A DNA stretch of 64,000 nt from Candidatus Latescibacterota bacterium (GCA_965208835.1 OZ242358.1:2464001-2528000); one strand, 5' to 3'; counted from the first letter of the stretch, positions 39,494 through 50,282 are shown. The notes: a model not told the origin generated them from the letters alone. A program made the numbers and translations.

Positions 39494-39979
39494 ATGGGAA
39501 AGCTCACAGGTCGTTTCCAGGATAACGTCATTGTGACGTCGGTCGATTATTTCGTCAATTGGGCCCGGCTGTCCTCGCTCTGGCCGATGACGTTCGGATT
39601 GGCTTGCTGCGCCATAGAAATGATGGCGACGGGAGCGTCGCGGTACGACTGGTCGCGTCTGGGTATGGTCCCGCGCGCCACCCCCCGGCAGTCCGATCTG
39701 ATGATTGTGGCCGGCACGGTCACTTTGAAAATGGCGACTCGCGTAAAGAAACTGTACGACCAGATGGCGGAGCCCCGGTATGTCATGTCCATGGGCTGCT
39801 GTGCAACGTCAGGCGGCCCGTACTGGCAGCACGGGTACCATGTCCTGAAGGGTGTCGACCGGGTGGTTCCGGTCGATGTCTATGTCCCCGGCTGTCCTCC
39901 GAGGCCGGAGGCCCTGCTGGAGGGCGTAATGAAACTTCAGGACAAGATCCGCATCGATTCCATCGCGAGAGTAAGCTGA
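39494..39979 (+). CDS. nuoB: NADH-quinone oxidoreductase subunit B
   Basis: [22 protein letters not shown]. Confidence 0.95.
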   Translation: MGKLTGRFQDNVIVTSVDYFVNWARLSSLWPMTFGLACCAIEMMATGASRYDWSRLGMVPRATPRQSDLMIVAGTVTLKMATRVKKLYDQMAEPRYVMSMGCCATSGGPYWQHGYHVLKGVDRVVPVDVYVPGCPPRPEALLEGVMKLQDKIRIDSIARVS

Positions 39980-40012
39980 GTAGGTTCGCGAGAACGCTCG
40001 TGGAGGCGACCG

Positions 40013-40483
40013 ATGACGCCGCAGGAGATTTTCGACCGGCTTAAAGAGAAGTTCGGCAACCGGGTTCTGGATCTGACCGAGAACGTGGACCCGTTTATTC
40101 GGGTAAGCGCAGACGCAATCGCGGAAATCGGTCTCTATCTGCGAGACGACGAAGCGATGGGTTTCGAGTCGCTGATGTGTCTGAGCGGGGTGGATTATCC
40201 GGAACACCTTTCGCTGGTCTATCACCTGTTTTCCTCGGCGCACCGGCACAAGATAACGCTGAAGACGGATCTGGGTAGAGAGGACCCCAGTCTGCCGACC
40301 GTGGAGGGTGTCTGGCGGGTGGCGAACTGGCACGAACGCGAGACGTACGACATGTTCGGAATCGTCTTCGAAGGGCACAGCGATCTACGGCGCATCCTGT
40401 GTCCCGACGACTGGGAAGGGTGGCCCCTGCGCAAGGATTACGAGGTTCAGGAATATTATCGCGGTATCCGGGTTGAGGTATAG
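40013..40483 (+). CDS. nuoC: NADH-quinone oxidoreductase subunit C
   Basis: WHERETYDMFGI..GH.DLRRIL..W.G.PLRKDY. Confidence 0.95.
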   Translation: MTPQEIFDRLKEKFGNRVLDLTENVDPFIRVSADAIAEIGLYLRDDEAMGFESLMCLSGVDYPEHLSLVYHLFSSAHRHKITLKTDLGREDPSLPTVEGVWRVANWHERETYDMFGIVFEGHSDLRRILCPDDWEGWPLRKDYEVQEYYRGIRVEV

Positions 40484-40486
40484 ACT

Positions 40487-41686
40487 ATGGCAGGGATTTC
40501 ACACGCGGCGACAGAGGTGACGGTGGAACGGCCGGGGCTGCCGCAGGTATCGGACGTGGAGGACGACAACCTCAACAGCGAGATGATGACGATCAACATG
40601 GGACCCCAGCATCCGAGCACGCACGGGGTGCTGCGCCTGGAGATCAGGACGGACGGAGAGATTGTAGAGGAGGCAAAACCCCATATCGGTTATCTCCATC
40701 GTTGCTTTGAAAAGCACGCCGAGAATCTGCCGTATCAACAGGTGATCCCGTTCACGGATCGAATGGATTATCTGGCGGCGATGAATAACAATATGGGGTA
40801 TGTTCTGGCCGTAGAGAAACTGATGGGGCTCGAGATTCCGGAGCGGGTGGAATACATCCGGGTCATCATGTGTGAGTTGAACCGGATTGCCAGTCACCTG
40901 GTTTCGTTCGGGACCTATGGAATGGATATCGGGGCGTTTACGCCCTTTTTGTTTGCCTTCAGGGAACGGGAAGACATCTTCGACCTGTTTGAAATGACGT
41001 GCGGGGCGCGGATGTTGTACAATTACATCTGGGTGGGCGGGGTCTCTCACGACCTGCCGCCGGGTTTCGTGGAGCGTTGCCGCCACTTTCTCGCCGCGTT
41101 CGAAGGAAAACTGAAAGAGTACAACGACCTGCTGACGTACAACAAGATCTTCATCGAGCGGACGGCCAACGTGGGCGTTCTGTCGCTGGCATCGGCGTAC
41201 AGCCACAACATTACCGGCCCGAATCTCCGGGGATGCGGGGTGGAGTGGGACCTGCGCCGGGACGAACCGTATTCAATATACGATCGGTTCGAGTTCGACG
41301 TGCCGAATGGCAGGGGAGAGATGGGGACCCTGGGCGATTGCTGGGACCGCTATATGGTACGGATAAGGGAGATGGAGCAAAGCGCACGGATCGTGTCTCA
41401 GGCGCTCGATCAAATTCCGGAGGGCGGCGACGTCCAGGCCGCGGTCCCCAGAAACGTGCGGCCCCCCAAAGAAGCGGAGTGTTACGTCCGCAGCGAGAAT
41501 CCAAGGGGTGAACTCGGTGTATACGTGATCAGCGACGGTACCAACGTGCCGTACCGGGTGCGGGTGAAATCGCCCTGTTTTACGGTGATGAGCGTATTCG
41601 ACGAACTCGCCAGGGGCCATTATCTGGCCGACATTATCGCCATCATCGGAAGTATCGATATCGTACTGGGCGAGATCGACCGCTAG
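40487..41686 (+). CDS. nuoD: NADH-quinone oxidoreductase subunit D
   Basis: [23 protein letters not shown] end. Confidence 0.96.
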   Translation: MAGISHAATEVTVERPGLPQVSDVEDDNLNSEMMTINMGPQHPSTHGVLRLEIRTDGEIVEEAKPHIGYLHRCFEKHAENLPYQQVIPFTDRMDYLAAMNNNMGYVLAVEKLMGLEIPERVEYIRVIMCELNRIASHLVSFGTYGMDIGAFTPFLFAFREREDIFDLFEMTCGARMLYNYIWVGGVSHDLPPGFVERCRHFLAAFEGKLKEYNDLLTYNKIFIERTANVGVLSLASAYSHNITGPNLRGCGVEWDLRRDEPYSIYDRFEFDVPNGRGEMGTLGDCWDRYMVRIREMEQSARIVSQALDQIPEGGDVQAAVPRNVRPPKEAECYVRSENPRGELGVYVISDGTNVPYRVRVKSPCFTVMSVFDELARGHYLADIIAIIGSIDIVLGEIDR

Positions 41687-41697
41687 GGAACCGCATT

Positions 41698-42873
41698 ATG
41701 CTCGAGTTGGCCGAAACTCTCGTGAATCAGGTGGGCTTTTTGAGCGCCGTGCCGATCGGCCTGGTGACCCTTGCATTGGGGCTGCTCGCCGGGATTGTCG
41801 TCGTAACGCTGGTCGCGGTACTCGGGCTTATTATGGTCTATATGGAAATGAAGATTTCCGCCCACATCCAGGACCGCCTGGGACCGATGCGGACCGGCGG
41901 CTGGCACGGCTGGGCACAGCCGATCGCCGACGGCGTCAAGCTTCTGCTGAAGGAAGACATCATTCCGGCGGCGGCGGATAAAGGCCTGTTTATTCTGGCG
42001 CCCCTGCTGGTCTTTTCAGGAACCCTGGCCATCTTCGTATGCATCCCCTTCGGCGACAGCCTTATTGTAAGCGATCTGAATATCGGCCTATTCTACATCC
42101 TGGCCATTTCGTCGCTGGGCGTACTCGGCATTCTCATGGCCGGATGGGCGTCCAACAACAAGTGGTCACTGCTCGGTGCGATGCGCTCGGCCGCACAGGT
42201 CGTGAGTTATGAGATTCCCGTGGCCATGGCGTTCCTGAGTGTGATCCCTCTCGTGGGTACGCTGAGCACGCAGGACCTGGTCGCGGCGCAGTCAGGGTCT
42301 CTGTATCACTGGTTCGTATTTCGTAATCCGTTTACGTTTCTCGCGTTCATCCTTTACTTTATCGCGTCGCTTGCCGAGGTCAACCGGACGCCGTTCGATA
42401 TACCCGAGGCGGAATCCGAACTCGTGGCCGGCTATCACACCGAATACAGCGGCATGAGATTCTCGTTCTTTTTCGTGGCGGAATACGCGGCGATGGTGGC
42501 CGTGAGTATGGTTGGCGCGGTCGTGTTTCTGGGCGGCTGGCAGGCGCCCTGGGGCGGTTCGTTTCCGGCTGGGCCCATCTGGATGATCGGCAAGGGGCTC
42601 CTTCTGGTGGCCGTGCAGATGTGGATCCGCTGGACGCTTCCCCGTCTGCGCGTCGATCAGCTGATGTTCGTGGGCTGGAAAGTGCTCACGCCTGCCGCTT
42701 TTCTGTGCCTGCTCGGATCGGTTGTGTGGCACTTCGCCGTTCCGGCATGGTTGCAGGAACTCTCCAAGGTCGGGCTGATGGGCGCAATGGCCGTCATTCT
42801 GGCCTTCCTGTTGCGTTCGGCCGCCCAGGGATTGATGCAGGGGCGTTCACAGCGTGCCCAGACGGCATCATAG
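41698..42873 (+). CDS. nuoH: NADH-quinone oxidoreductase subunit H
   Basis: [29 protein letters not shown]. Confidence 0.95.
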   Translation: MLELAETLVNQVGFLSAVPIGLVTLALGLLAGIVVVTLVAVLGLIMVYMEMKISAHIQDRLGPMRTGGWHGWAQPIADGVKLLLKEDIIPAAADKGLFILAPLLVFSGTLAIFVCIPFGDSLIVSDLNIGLFYILAISSLGVLGILMAGWASNNKWSLLGAMRSAAQVVSYEIPVAMAFLSVIPLVGTLSTQDLVAAQSGSLYHWFVFRNPFTFLAFILYFIASLAEVNRTPFDIPEAESELVAGYHTEYSGMRFSFFFVAEYAAMVAVSMVGAVVFLGGWQAPWGGSFPAGPIWMIGKGLLLVAVQMWIRWTLPRLRVDQLMFVGWKVLTPAAFLCLLGSVVWHFAVPAWLQELSKVGLMGAMAVILAFLLRSAAQGLMQGRSQRAQTAS

Positions 42874-42927
42874 CGGGGCGGCAAATCTCGGTCAGAATCA
42901 AAGGACTCTTCCTCCATAGGTGATGCA

Positions 42928-43416
42928 ATGGGATCGTATTTCAGGAATCTCTATCAGTCGGCTGCTTCCATCTGGGTGGGGTTGAATATCACATTGAAGC
43001 ATATGTTCACACCATCGATTACCCTTCAATACCCGGACGAGCGCTGGCAGATGCCGGAACGGGCGCGCAACCAGCTGTTCAACGATATAGACGATTGCAT
43101 CGGTTGCGACCAGTGTGCAAGAGCCTGTCCCGTGGACTGTATTTATATAGAGTGCGAAAAAGCCGGTCCCGACGAGGATCTGGGCCTGACGTCCAAGGGA
43201 ACGAAAAAGCGGCTCAAGGTTCTGCGTTTCGATATCGACATGGGGCTTTGTTGTTATTGCGGTCTTTGTACCTATCCGTGTCCGACCGAATGCCTGGTCA
43301 TGACACCGAATTACGAGTCGTCAGTCTACGATCGGACCGACCTGGTCTACCGTTACGCCCGTCCATGGGACTACGAAACGAAACCCGCTGACGCAGAATC
43401 CGCCGAACGTCAGTAG
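42928..43416 (+). CDS. nuoI: NADH-quinone oxidoreductase subunit I
   Basis: Two CxxCxxCxxxCP ferredoxin motifs. Confidence 0.93.
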   Translation: MGSYFRNLYQSAASIWVGLNITLKHMFTPSITLQYPDERWQMPERARNQLFNDIDDCIGCDQCARACPVDCIYIECEKAGPDEDLGLTSKGTKKRLKVLRFDIDMGLCCYCGLCTYPCPTECLVMTPNYESSVYDRTDLVYRYARPWDYETKPADAESAERQ

Positions 43417-43436
43417 CCTCCGGGATTGGTTGTCAT

Positions 43437-43958
43437 ATGGAACTCTCAACGATCGTTTTTTACCTGTTTGCGGCCGTGACCGTGGGGTCGGCGGCCGCCG
43501 TCGTGTTCGTAAGCCGGCTGATTTACGCGGTATTTGCCCTGCTGTTTACGTTTTTCGGCGTTGCCGGTCTGTACGTATTTCTCGATGCCGATTTTCTGGC
43601 CGGCGCGCAGGTATTGATCTACGTCGGCGGAATCCTGATTCTGTTGCTCTTCGGCGTGATGCTGACCAACCGCATCTACGATTTGAATCTGCTGGCCGAA
43701 CGGGTGCAGTTCCTGCCCAGCGTGGTTGTCGTCGGCGCCGGGTTCGCGCTGCTGGTCATGGTGATTCTGAAAACGTCGTGGCCGCTGTCCGGAGGGCCGG
43801 CGCCCGCTTCCAGTACGGCGGAGATCGGCAAGGCGCTGATGACTACCTACGTCCTGCCGTTCGAGGTGGCCGGCATGCTGTTGCTGGCTGCGCTGCTCGG
43901 CGCTTCGATGCTGGCCGGAGGAGGGAAGGGGCAGGAGGAGGACGAGGGGGAGTTATGA
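43437..43958 (+). CDS. nuoJ: NADH-quinone oxidoreductase subunit J
   Basis: QVLIYVGGI, YVLPFE. Confidence 0.93.
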   Translation: MELSTIVFYLFAAVTVGSAAAVVFVSRLIYAVFALLFTFFGVAGLYVFLDADFLAGAQVLIYVGGILILLLFGVMLTNRIYDLNLLAERVQFLPSVVVVGAGFALLVMVILKTSWPLSGGPAPASSTAEIGKALMTTYVLPFEVAGMLLLAALLGASMLAGGGKGQEEDEGEL

Positions 43959-44260
43959 TTGCCCTGGAGCACTACCTGGTCGTCGGGGCCATTCTCTTCT
44001 GTCTGGGAATTCTGGCCGTTGCCACCCGTCGCAATGCAATCAGCATTCTGATGGGGGTGGAGCTCATATTGAATGCCGCCAACCTGAATCTTGTCGCGTT
44101 CGCGCGGTTTACCGATTCAGGTCTGGAGGGGCAGGTGTTTGCCGTTTTCGTGATTGTCCTCGCTGCGGCGGAGGCGGCGGTTGCGCTGGCGATCGTTCTG
44201 AATATTTACCGCAATTATCAGATGGTCAATATCGACAGACTGGACTCATTGAGCGGTTGA
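43955..44260 (+). CDS. nuoK: NADH-quinone oxidoreductase subunit K
   Basis: RRNAISILMGVELILNAANLN, AAAEAAV; ATG overlaps the nuoJ stop. Confidence 0.94.
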   Translation: MIALEHYLVVGAILFCLGILAVATRRNAISILMGVELILNAANLNLVAFARFTDSGLEGQVFAVFVIVLAAAEAAVALAIVLNIYRNYQMVNIDRLDSLSG

Positions 44261-44470
44261 GAAGTTGTTTTAAAATTACCGGTGAGTTCCCAAGCGCGAG
44301 CGAAAAAGTGGCGGTTATGAGGCGCGAGGGGCGCGCAGCGCCGACGGGAAGACCCGCCTATGAGAGGCGAGCAAACGCAGCCTCGATCTCGTATGACGGG
44401 CGGGTTTGACCAACGCCGAACGGGGCTTTTGCAGCCGCGCGAAGACCGCTGGGAGTTTTGAGACAGCTTC
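44261..44470 (+). mobile_element. MITE family B, full copy (210 bp) with TGA target duplication, between nuoK and nuoL
   Basis: Near-identical to 27385-27594; flanked by TGA (the nuoK stop) and TGA. Confidence 0.9.
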
Positions 44471-44490
44471 TGAAGGTTCCGGGAGAATAG

Positions 44491-46569
44491 ATGCCCTTGG
44501 ATTTGCTTTTCATTCCTGTGCTGCCACTGGCGGCATTCGCCGTACAGGCTTTCTGGGGCCGGCGTCTGCCGCGTGGGGGCGACTGGGTACCCCTCGCTGC
44601 AATTTCCATTTCATTTCTGCTATCTCTCCGGTACTTCATCCTGGCGCTTTCGGCCTACGATCCGGGGTGGCGCCTCGAGCTCGATTCGTGGGTCTGGCTG
44701 GACCTGAGCTCCGCGAAGATCAGCGCAGGCCTGCTGGTCGACAATATCACCGCCGTCATGTTGATGGTTGTCACGGTTGTAAGCGGCCTTGTGCACCTCT
44801 ATTCGATCGGTTACATGCACGGAGACCCCCGGTATTCCCGGTTTTTCGGGTTTCTCGCGATCTTTTCCTTTTCGATGCTGGGCCTGGTTCTGGTTGACAA
44901 TTTCCTGCTGCTCTATGTGTTCTGGGAACTCGTAGGGCTCTCTTCATATCTGCTGATCGGTTTCTGGTATGAGAAACCGTCGGCGGCCGCGGCGTGTAAA
45001 AAAGCGTTCCTGGTAAACCGGGTCGGCGACCTGGGCTTTTTCGTAGGGGTAATGATCGTCTTCTGGAAGGTTGGCGCATTCGACTTTGCGAGCGTCTACG
45101 ACGGTGTTGCCAGCGGCCGTCTGAGTGGTGGATTGCTCACGATTGCGGGCCTGTGCCTGTTTTGCGGCGCGGTCGGGAAGTCGGCGCAGTTTCCGCTGCA
45201 CGTCTGGTTGCCGGATGCCATGGAGGGTCCTACGCCCGTCAGTGCGCTGATTCACGCCGCGACGATGGTCGCGGCCGGCGTATATATGGTCACGCGGATG
45301 TACCCGATCCTGACGCCCGACGCGCTCGTGGCGATCGCTTACATCGGCGCGATAACGGCGATTCTGGGCGCAACCATCGCCGTTGCCCAGTACGACATTA
45401 AGCGCGTCCTGGCGTACTCGACCATCAGCCAGCTCGGATATATGATCATGGGTCTGGGGGTAGGCGCGTACGTGGCGGGGTTTTTTCACCTGATGACGCA
45501 CGCGGCTTTCAAGGCATGCCTTTTCCTCGGATCGGGAAGCGTCATCCATGCCGTGGAACATGCGTTCCACAAGACGCACAATGAGAACGACCCGCAGGAT
45601 ATGCGAAATATGGGCGGGCTACGGGAGAAGATGCCGCGGACGTTCTGGACCTTTCTGATTGCGACCGTGGCCCTGGCGGGGGTGCCGCTCACGTCCGGAT
45701 TTCTCAGCAAGGACGCCATACTGGCCGGAGCGCTGGGTTTCGGCGGTTTCTCCCGGCCGATACACTTCCTGCTTCCGCTGCTGGGATTTGCGGCCGCGGG
45801 TTTAACGGCTTTTTACATGTTCCGACTGATCTTTCTCACGTTCTACGGAAAACCCAGAGAGAAAACCCTTGTCGAATACGCGCACGAGTCTCCCGGCGTG
45901 ATGACGATTCCGCTGATTGTGCTGGCGGTTCTGAGTTTCTGGATCTTCTATGCCTGGAACCCCTTGGGCGGAGAGGGCTGGTTTCAACATCTGGTGAAGC
46001 GGCCGGAAGCGGGGCTGCTCGCGGGCAGGGGCGAGGCGTTGCCGGTCGGGCCCGATGCGGAGGTCTATGCAGCGGGTTCAGACAGTGACGCCGCGCACGC
46101 GGCGCACTACCCGGCGATGGTTCTTTCGTTGCTGGTTGCCGGAGCCGGCATCTATACGGCTTACCGGAAGTATTACAACCGGCGGGAGGAAATGATCGCC
46201 CTGGAGGCGAACTTGCTGCAGTCGGGCGGGATCTTCCGGATATTGAACCGAAAATGGTATTTCGATGAGCTGTACGAAGCCAGCTTTGTCCGCGCTGTAA
46301 TGGTCGGGCGAACGGTATTGAACTGGTTCGACGCTCACATTGTAGACGGGCTCGTGAATCTGTCAGCCACATTGACCCGGGGTATTTCCTTTGTCGATCG
46401 ACTGTTCGACGAATGGGTGGTCGACGGACTCGTGAACGCCGTTGCAGGGATCATCAGGTGGGCGGGCAGCGGATTGAGACGCATTCAGACGGGACGCCTG
46501 CAGACCTATGTCGTTCTGGTTATGGGAGGCATTCTGGCCCTGATGGTGATCCGGTTGATGGTTGCATGA
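44491..46569 (+). CDS. nuoL: NADH-quinone oxidoreductase subunit L
   Basis: GKSAQFPLHVWLPDAMEGPTPVSALIHAATM, THAAFKA, IQTG. Confidence 0.96.
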   Translation: MPLDLLFIPVLPLAAFAVQAFWGRRLPRGGDWVPLAAISISFLLSLRYFILALSAYDPGWRLELDSWVWLDLSSAKISAGLLVDNITAVMLMVVTVVSGLVHLYSIGYMHGDPRYSRFFGFLAIFSFSMLGLVLVDNFLLLYVFWELVGLSSYLLIGFWYEKPSAAAACKKAFLVNRVGDLGFFVGVMIVFWKVGAFDFASVYDGVASGRLSGGLLTIAGLCLFCGAVGKSAQFPLHVWLPDAMEGPTPVSALIHAATMVAAGVYMVTRMYPILTPDALVAIAYIGAITAILGATIAVAQYDIKRVLAYSTISQLGYMIMGLGVGAYVAGFFHLMTHAAFKACLFLGSGSVIHAVEHAFHKTHNENDPQDMRNMGGLREKMPRTFWTFLIATVALAGVPLTSGFLSKDAILAGALGFGGFSRPIHFLLPLLGFAAAGLTAFYMFRLIFLTFYGKPREKTLVEYAHESPGVMTIPLIVLAVLSFWIFYAWNPLGGEGWFQHLVKRPEAGLLAGRGEALPVGPDAEVYAAGSDSDAAHAAHYPAMVLSLLVAGAGIYTAYRKYYNRREEMIALEANLLQSGGIFRILNRKWYFDELYEASFVRAVMVGRTVLNWFDAHIVDGLVNLSATLTRGISFVDRLFDEWVVDGLVNAVAGIIRWAGSGLRRIQTGRLQTYVVLVMGGILALMVIRLMVA

Positions 46570-46745
46570 ACTGTTTTTATGTGAATTGCAGGTCGTAACC
46601 GGACGCGGGGACTCCGGAATAGCACGCTGACGATCATTGCGCCGAATGCAGAGCAACGGGACGATTCGGAAAACTGGCGCCATGGGCGGTTCCGCCGCCC
46701 GACCGGGTGGCGCCACGCGATTCTGATGAGGGAGGTAGCCGACAA

Positions 46746-48323
46746 ATGGATCAGTGGATTCTGACACTGTTAACGTTTATTCCAGTGCTGGGAGCGGTGG
46801 TCATTCTGCTGATGCCGGGCAGGGCGGTCAATGCGATCCGCCGGGTTGCGCTGGCTGCGACCGGACTCTGCCTTCTGCTGGCCATCTGGTTGTTTCAGGA
46901 TTTCGACCGGTCTGTACCCGACATGCAGTATGAAGTTCAGCTTCCCTGGATCGAATCGTTCAATATCCAGTATTATATGGGCATAGACGGCCTGAGTGTG
47001 TCGATGGTGCTGCTGACGGCGCTGCTGGGTTTCCTCTGCGTTCCCGCCTCCTGGTCCATCAGCCGTGGTGTAAAGGGATATTTCGCGCTCTTTCTGCTGC
47101 TTGAGACCGGCATGCAGGGTGTGTTCGTGTCGCTGGATTTCTTCCTGTTCTACGTTTTCTGGGAAGTGATGCTGTTGCCGATGTACTTCCTGATCGGGAT
47201 CTGGGGAGGCCCGCGCAAGGAATATGCCGCCATCAAGTTCTTTCTGTACACACTGGCGGGGAGCGTGTTGTTGTTGCTGGTCATGCTCGCATTTTACTTC
47301 AATGTCACCGATCCGGATACGGGAAATCATACGTTCAATATGCTGGTCATGATGGACCAGGCCAACCACTCCGAGTGGCTTCGTGCCGGCCTGATTTTCG
47401 GGTATTCTGCTCCGGTAGTCATCTGGATCGCCATGTTTATCGGTTTTGCCATCAAGGTGCCCCTGTTTCCGTTCCATACCTGGCTTCCCGACGCCCATGT
47501 CGAAGCGCCTACGGCCATCAGCGTCATTCTGGCCGGGGTGCTCCTGAAAATGGGTACCTATGGCATTTTGCGGTTCAATTACCCGATGTTGCCCGATGTC
47601 ACGCGTGACTTCAGCTACTTCCTGGCCGTTATCGGGGTCATCAACATCATCTATGGTGCGCTTGTTGCAATGGCGCAGACGGATCTGAAAAAACTCGTGG
47701 CGTATTCCAGCATCAGCCATATGGGTTTCGTGATGCTCGGCATGTCGTCGTTTACGCCACACGGAATAAACGGGGCCGTATTCCAGATGTTCAACCACGG
47801 CACCATTACGGCAATGTTGTTTCTGCTCGTTGGCGTGATTTACGACCGGGCGCATCACCGCTACATCGTTTACCCCAACGACTACGAAGATCCGGATTTA
47901 CGCGGCAAACTGGGGTTCGGGGGGTTGTGGTCGCACATGCCGGTGTACGGCAGTCTGACGATGGTCGCCTACTTCGCAGCGCTGGGTCTGCCCGGCCTTT
48001 CAGGGTTTATCAGCGAAGCTCTCTGCTTCCTGGGCGCATTCCAGGTCCATCGAACCATGACAATCCTGGGTACGCTGGGTGTACTGCTGGGAGCCGCCTA
48101 TATGCTATGGGCCTTTCAGCGTCTGTTCATGGGGCCGTTCAACGAACGATGGAAAGACCTGCCCGAGATTAACGGCCGCGAGATTTTCTGCCTTGCGCCG
48201 CTGGCGGTCATTGTCATCGTCCTGGGTATCTATCCGTCACCGGTGCTGGATCTGCTGGCGCAGTCGCTCGGAGAGCTTGTCAAAGATCTGAACGGGCCGG
48301 TGATGTCCGCGTTGCAGCCGTAG
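46746..48323 (+). CDS. nuoM: NADH-quinone oxidoreductase subunit M
   Basis: IKVPLFPFHTWLPDAHVEAPT, LKMGTYG, GLPGLSGF. Confidence 0.96.
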   Translation: MDQWILTLLTFIPVLGAVVILLMPGRAVNAIRRVALAATGLCLLLAIWLFQDFDRSVPDMQYEVQLPWIESFNIQYYMGIDGLSVSMVLLTALLGFLCVPASWSISRGVKGYFALFLLLETGMQGVFVSLDFFLFYVFWEVMLLPMYFLIGIWGGPRKEYAAIKFFLYTLAGSVLLLLVMLAFYFNVTDPDTGNHTFNMLVMMDQANHSEWLRAGLIFGYSAPVVIWIAMFIGFAIKVPLFPFHTWLPDAHVEAPTAISVILAGVLLKMGTYGILRFNYPMLPDVTRDFSYFLAVIGVINIIYGALVAMAQTDLKKLVAYSSISHMGFVMLGMSSFTPHGINGAVFQMFNHGTITAMLFLLVGVIYDRAHHRYIVYPNDYEDPDLRGKLGFGGLWSHMPVYGSLTMVAYFAALGLPGLSGFISEALCFLGAFQVHRTMTILGTLGVLLGAAYMLWAFQRLFMGPFNERWKDLPEINGREIFCLAPLAVIVIVLGIYPSPVLDLLAQSLGELVKDLNGPVMSALQP

Positions 48324-48454
48324 TGCCCTGTCCCGTAAATTACTAACCTTTCAGCAACCTGTTTCCGGACTGAATACGAGCAGCCTGAGAGTAAGTTCGA
48401 TAGCCCGGGTCTTCGCCGGATTCGGGGCTGGATGCCGATGGAAGGAACGTTCTC

Positions 48455-49984
48455 TTGGTCGAGGCCATTGAAAACGCGATCGCAGTGAATCTGGACGGCC
48501 TGCAATATATCTGGCCCGAGATTATCATCACGGTCGCAATTATAGGCATCGTGACCGTCGATCTGATTCTGACCGGAAAGAAGAAGGCGTTGTTGACGGG
48601 CCTGACGCTTCTTGTTCTTGTGGTCTGTCTGTTTTCGATCGCGGACCTTTACGACCAGCCGCCCAGGTCGCTGTTCATGGGCATGATCGCCCTGGATGGT
48701 TTTGCCCTGTTCTTCAAGCTTTTAATCGTAGTCACGACCATCGTGGTCACCCTGTTCGGCCTGCAATCCCGGGACATCGACACCGACCGCATCGGTGAAT
48801 TCTACGCGCTCTTTCTCTCTGTCGGGCTGGGCGGCTTTCTGATGGCCGGCGCGACCAATCTGCTGATGATGTACATTGCGCTCGAACTCGTCAGCCTGCC
48901 TTCCTACGTGCTGGCGGGTTATCAGAAGCGGGTGCAGCGATCCAACGAAGCGGCGCTGAAATATGTCGTTTACGGCGGCGTCTCTTCAGGCATCATGCTC
49001 TATGGGTTCTCCTTGATCTACGGCCTGACGGGCACGCTTGATATCTATGCGATCGCGGCGCGTCTGGGAACCACGGCGCCATACGAACTGACGTTGTTTC
49101 TCGGCGCGACACTCGCGATGGCCGGATTCGGATACAAGGTGGCTTCGGTTCCGTTTCATTTCTGGTGTCCTGACGTCTACGAAGGAGCGCCGACGCCGGT
49201 TACAGCGTTTTTCTCGGTCGCACCAAAGGCGGTCGGATTCGCCATGCTGGCGCGGTTCTTCTACGTGGGTCTGTCCGCATTCGACGGCGCTTCGGGCACG
49301 GGCGTCACGTTAGGCGTGGCATGGCCGCAGTTGCTCGCTCTCATTTCGGCCTTTACAATGACATTGGGCAATCTGACGGCCATCTGGCAGCGCAACCTGA
49401 AGAGGCTGCTTGCGTACTCCAGTATTGCGCATGCCGGCTACATGATGATGGGCGTGGTCATGTTGTCGTCAGCGGGCCTGAAGGCTGTGATGTTCTACGC
49501 AGGCGCCTATCTGTTTATGAATCTGGGTGCGTTTCTGGTTGTATTGCTGTTGGCGGAAAGAATCGGAAGCGAGGATATTGAGGATTACCGCGGCCTGGGA
49601 TGGCGGTCGCCCTGGATTGCGTTGACGATGTCTGCGTTTCTGTTCTCTCTTACGGGACTGCCGCCCACCGCGGGATTTGTTGGCAAGGTGTATCTGTTTG
49701 CCGCCGTTGTAGATGGTGGGCTCTACTGGTTGGCGGTCGTTGGCGCGCTGAACAGTGCCGTTTCCTTGTATTATTACGCGAGAATTGTTCGCGCCATGTA
49801 CCTGGAGAAGCCACGTACGGATGCACCCGTCGTTATTTCCCGGTTCGCCACGGCTACTCTCGCCGTGTTGTTTGTGGGTACGTTGCTGTTCGGCGTCTAC
49901 TGGGCGCCGCTGGCCGATCTGGCTGAAACGTCTACCGCGATATTCCTGAACGGAGGTGATGCCGTTCAGGCCACGATGCGGTAG
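48455..49984 (+). CDS. nuoN: NADH-quinone oxidoreductase subunit N
   Basis: SNEAALKY, PFHFWCPDVYEGAPTP, GLPPTAGFVGK. Confidence 0.95.
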   Translation: MVEAIENAIAVNLDGLQYIWPEIIITVAIIGIVTVDLILTGKKKALLTGLTLLVLVVCLFSIADLYDQPPRSLFMGMIALDGFALFFKLLIVVTTIVVTLFGLQSRDIDTDRIGEFYALFLSVGLGGFLMAGATNLLMMYIALELVSLPSYVLAGYQKRVQRSNEAALKYVVYGGVSSGIMLYGFSLIYGLTGTLDIYAIAARLGTTAPYELTLFLGATLAMAGFGYKVASVPFHFWCPDVYEGAPTPVTAFFSVAPKAVGFAMLARFFYVGLSAFDGASGTGVTLGVAWPQLLALISAFTMTLGNLTAIWQRNLKRLLAYSSIAHAGYMMMGVVMLSSAGLKAVMFYAGAYLFMNLGAFLVVLLLAERIGSEDIEDYRGLGWRSPWIALTMSAFLFSLTGLPPTAGFVGKVYLFAAVVDGGLYWLAVVGALNSAVSLYYYARIVRAMYLEKPRTDAPVVISRFATATLAVLFVGTLLFGVYWAPLADLAETSTAIFLNGGDAVQATMR

Positions 49985-50027
49985 AACCGAGTGCCGTCCT
50001 CACGGTCGGCCCCGACGTGGATCTTAT

Positions 50028-50189
50028 CAGCCCGCAGAAAAAGCCCATCCGGACTACGGCCGGCTCTCGCGGCCGAATGACTGCGTTGCGCTCCCTTGCC
50101 GAATCCCCCGAGAGTCGACTCGGTCGCGCGCCTTGTCTTCGGGCACGATGGCTCGGCCTCGTCTGCGGAGCGACTTTATCAACGGACTG
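50028..50189 (-). mobile_element. MITE family C, copy 2 (longest)
   Basis: CAGCCCGCAGAAAAAG...GAGCGACTTTATCAACGGACTG, homologous to the reverse complement of 6627-6725. Confidence 0.75.
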
Positions 50190-50227
50190 AAATCACGTGA
50201 GTTCCGTATCTACAGCACGGACACATA

Positions 50228-50258
50228 ACAGCCCCGCGGTCGTGGACCGCGGGGCTGT
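50228..50258. terminator. Perfect hairpin between the convergent nuoN and PqqD-like genes
   Basis: ACAGCCCCGCGGTC-GTG-GACCGCGGGGCTGT. Confidence 0.75.
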
Positions 50259-50282
50259 ATCTTCAGGACCCGGAACTGAACG

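Noticed and set aside
43430-43954. Long 276-aa version of nuoK
   Set aside because: It overlaps nuoJ out of frame; the real NuoK starts at ATG 43955
46570-46745. Possible remnant of a second nuoM or a small subunit between nuoL and nuoM
   Set aside because: Only 176 bp with no hydrophobic ORF; it contains just a GC-rich hairpin
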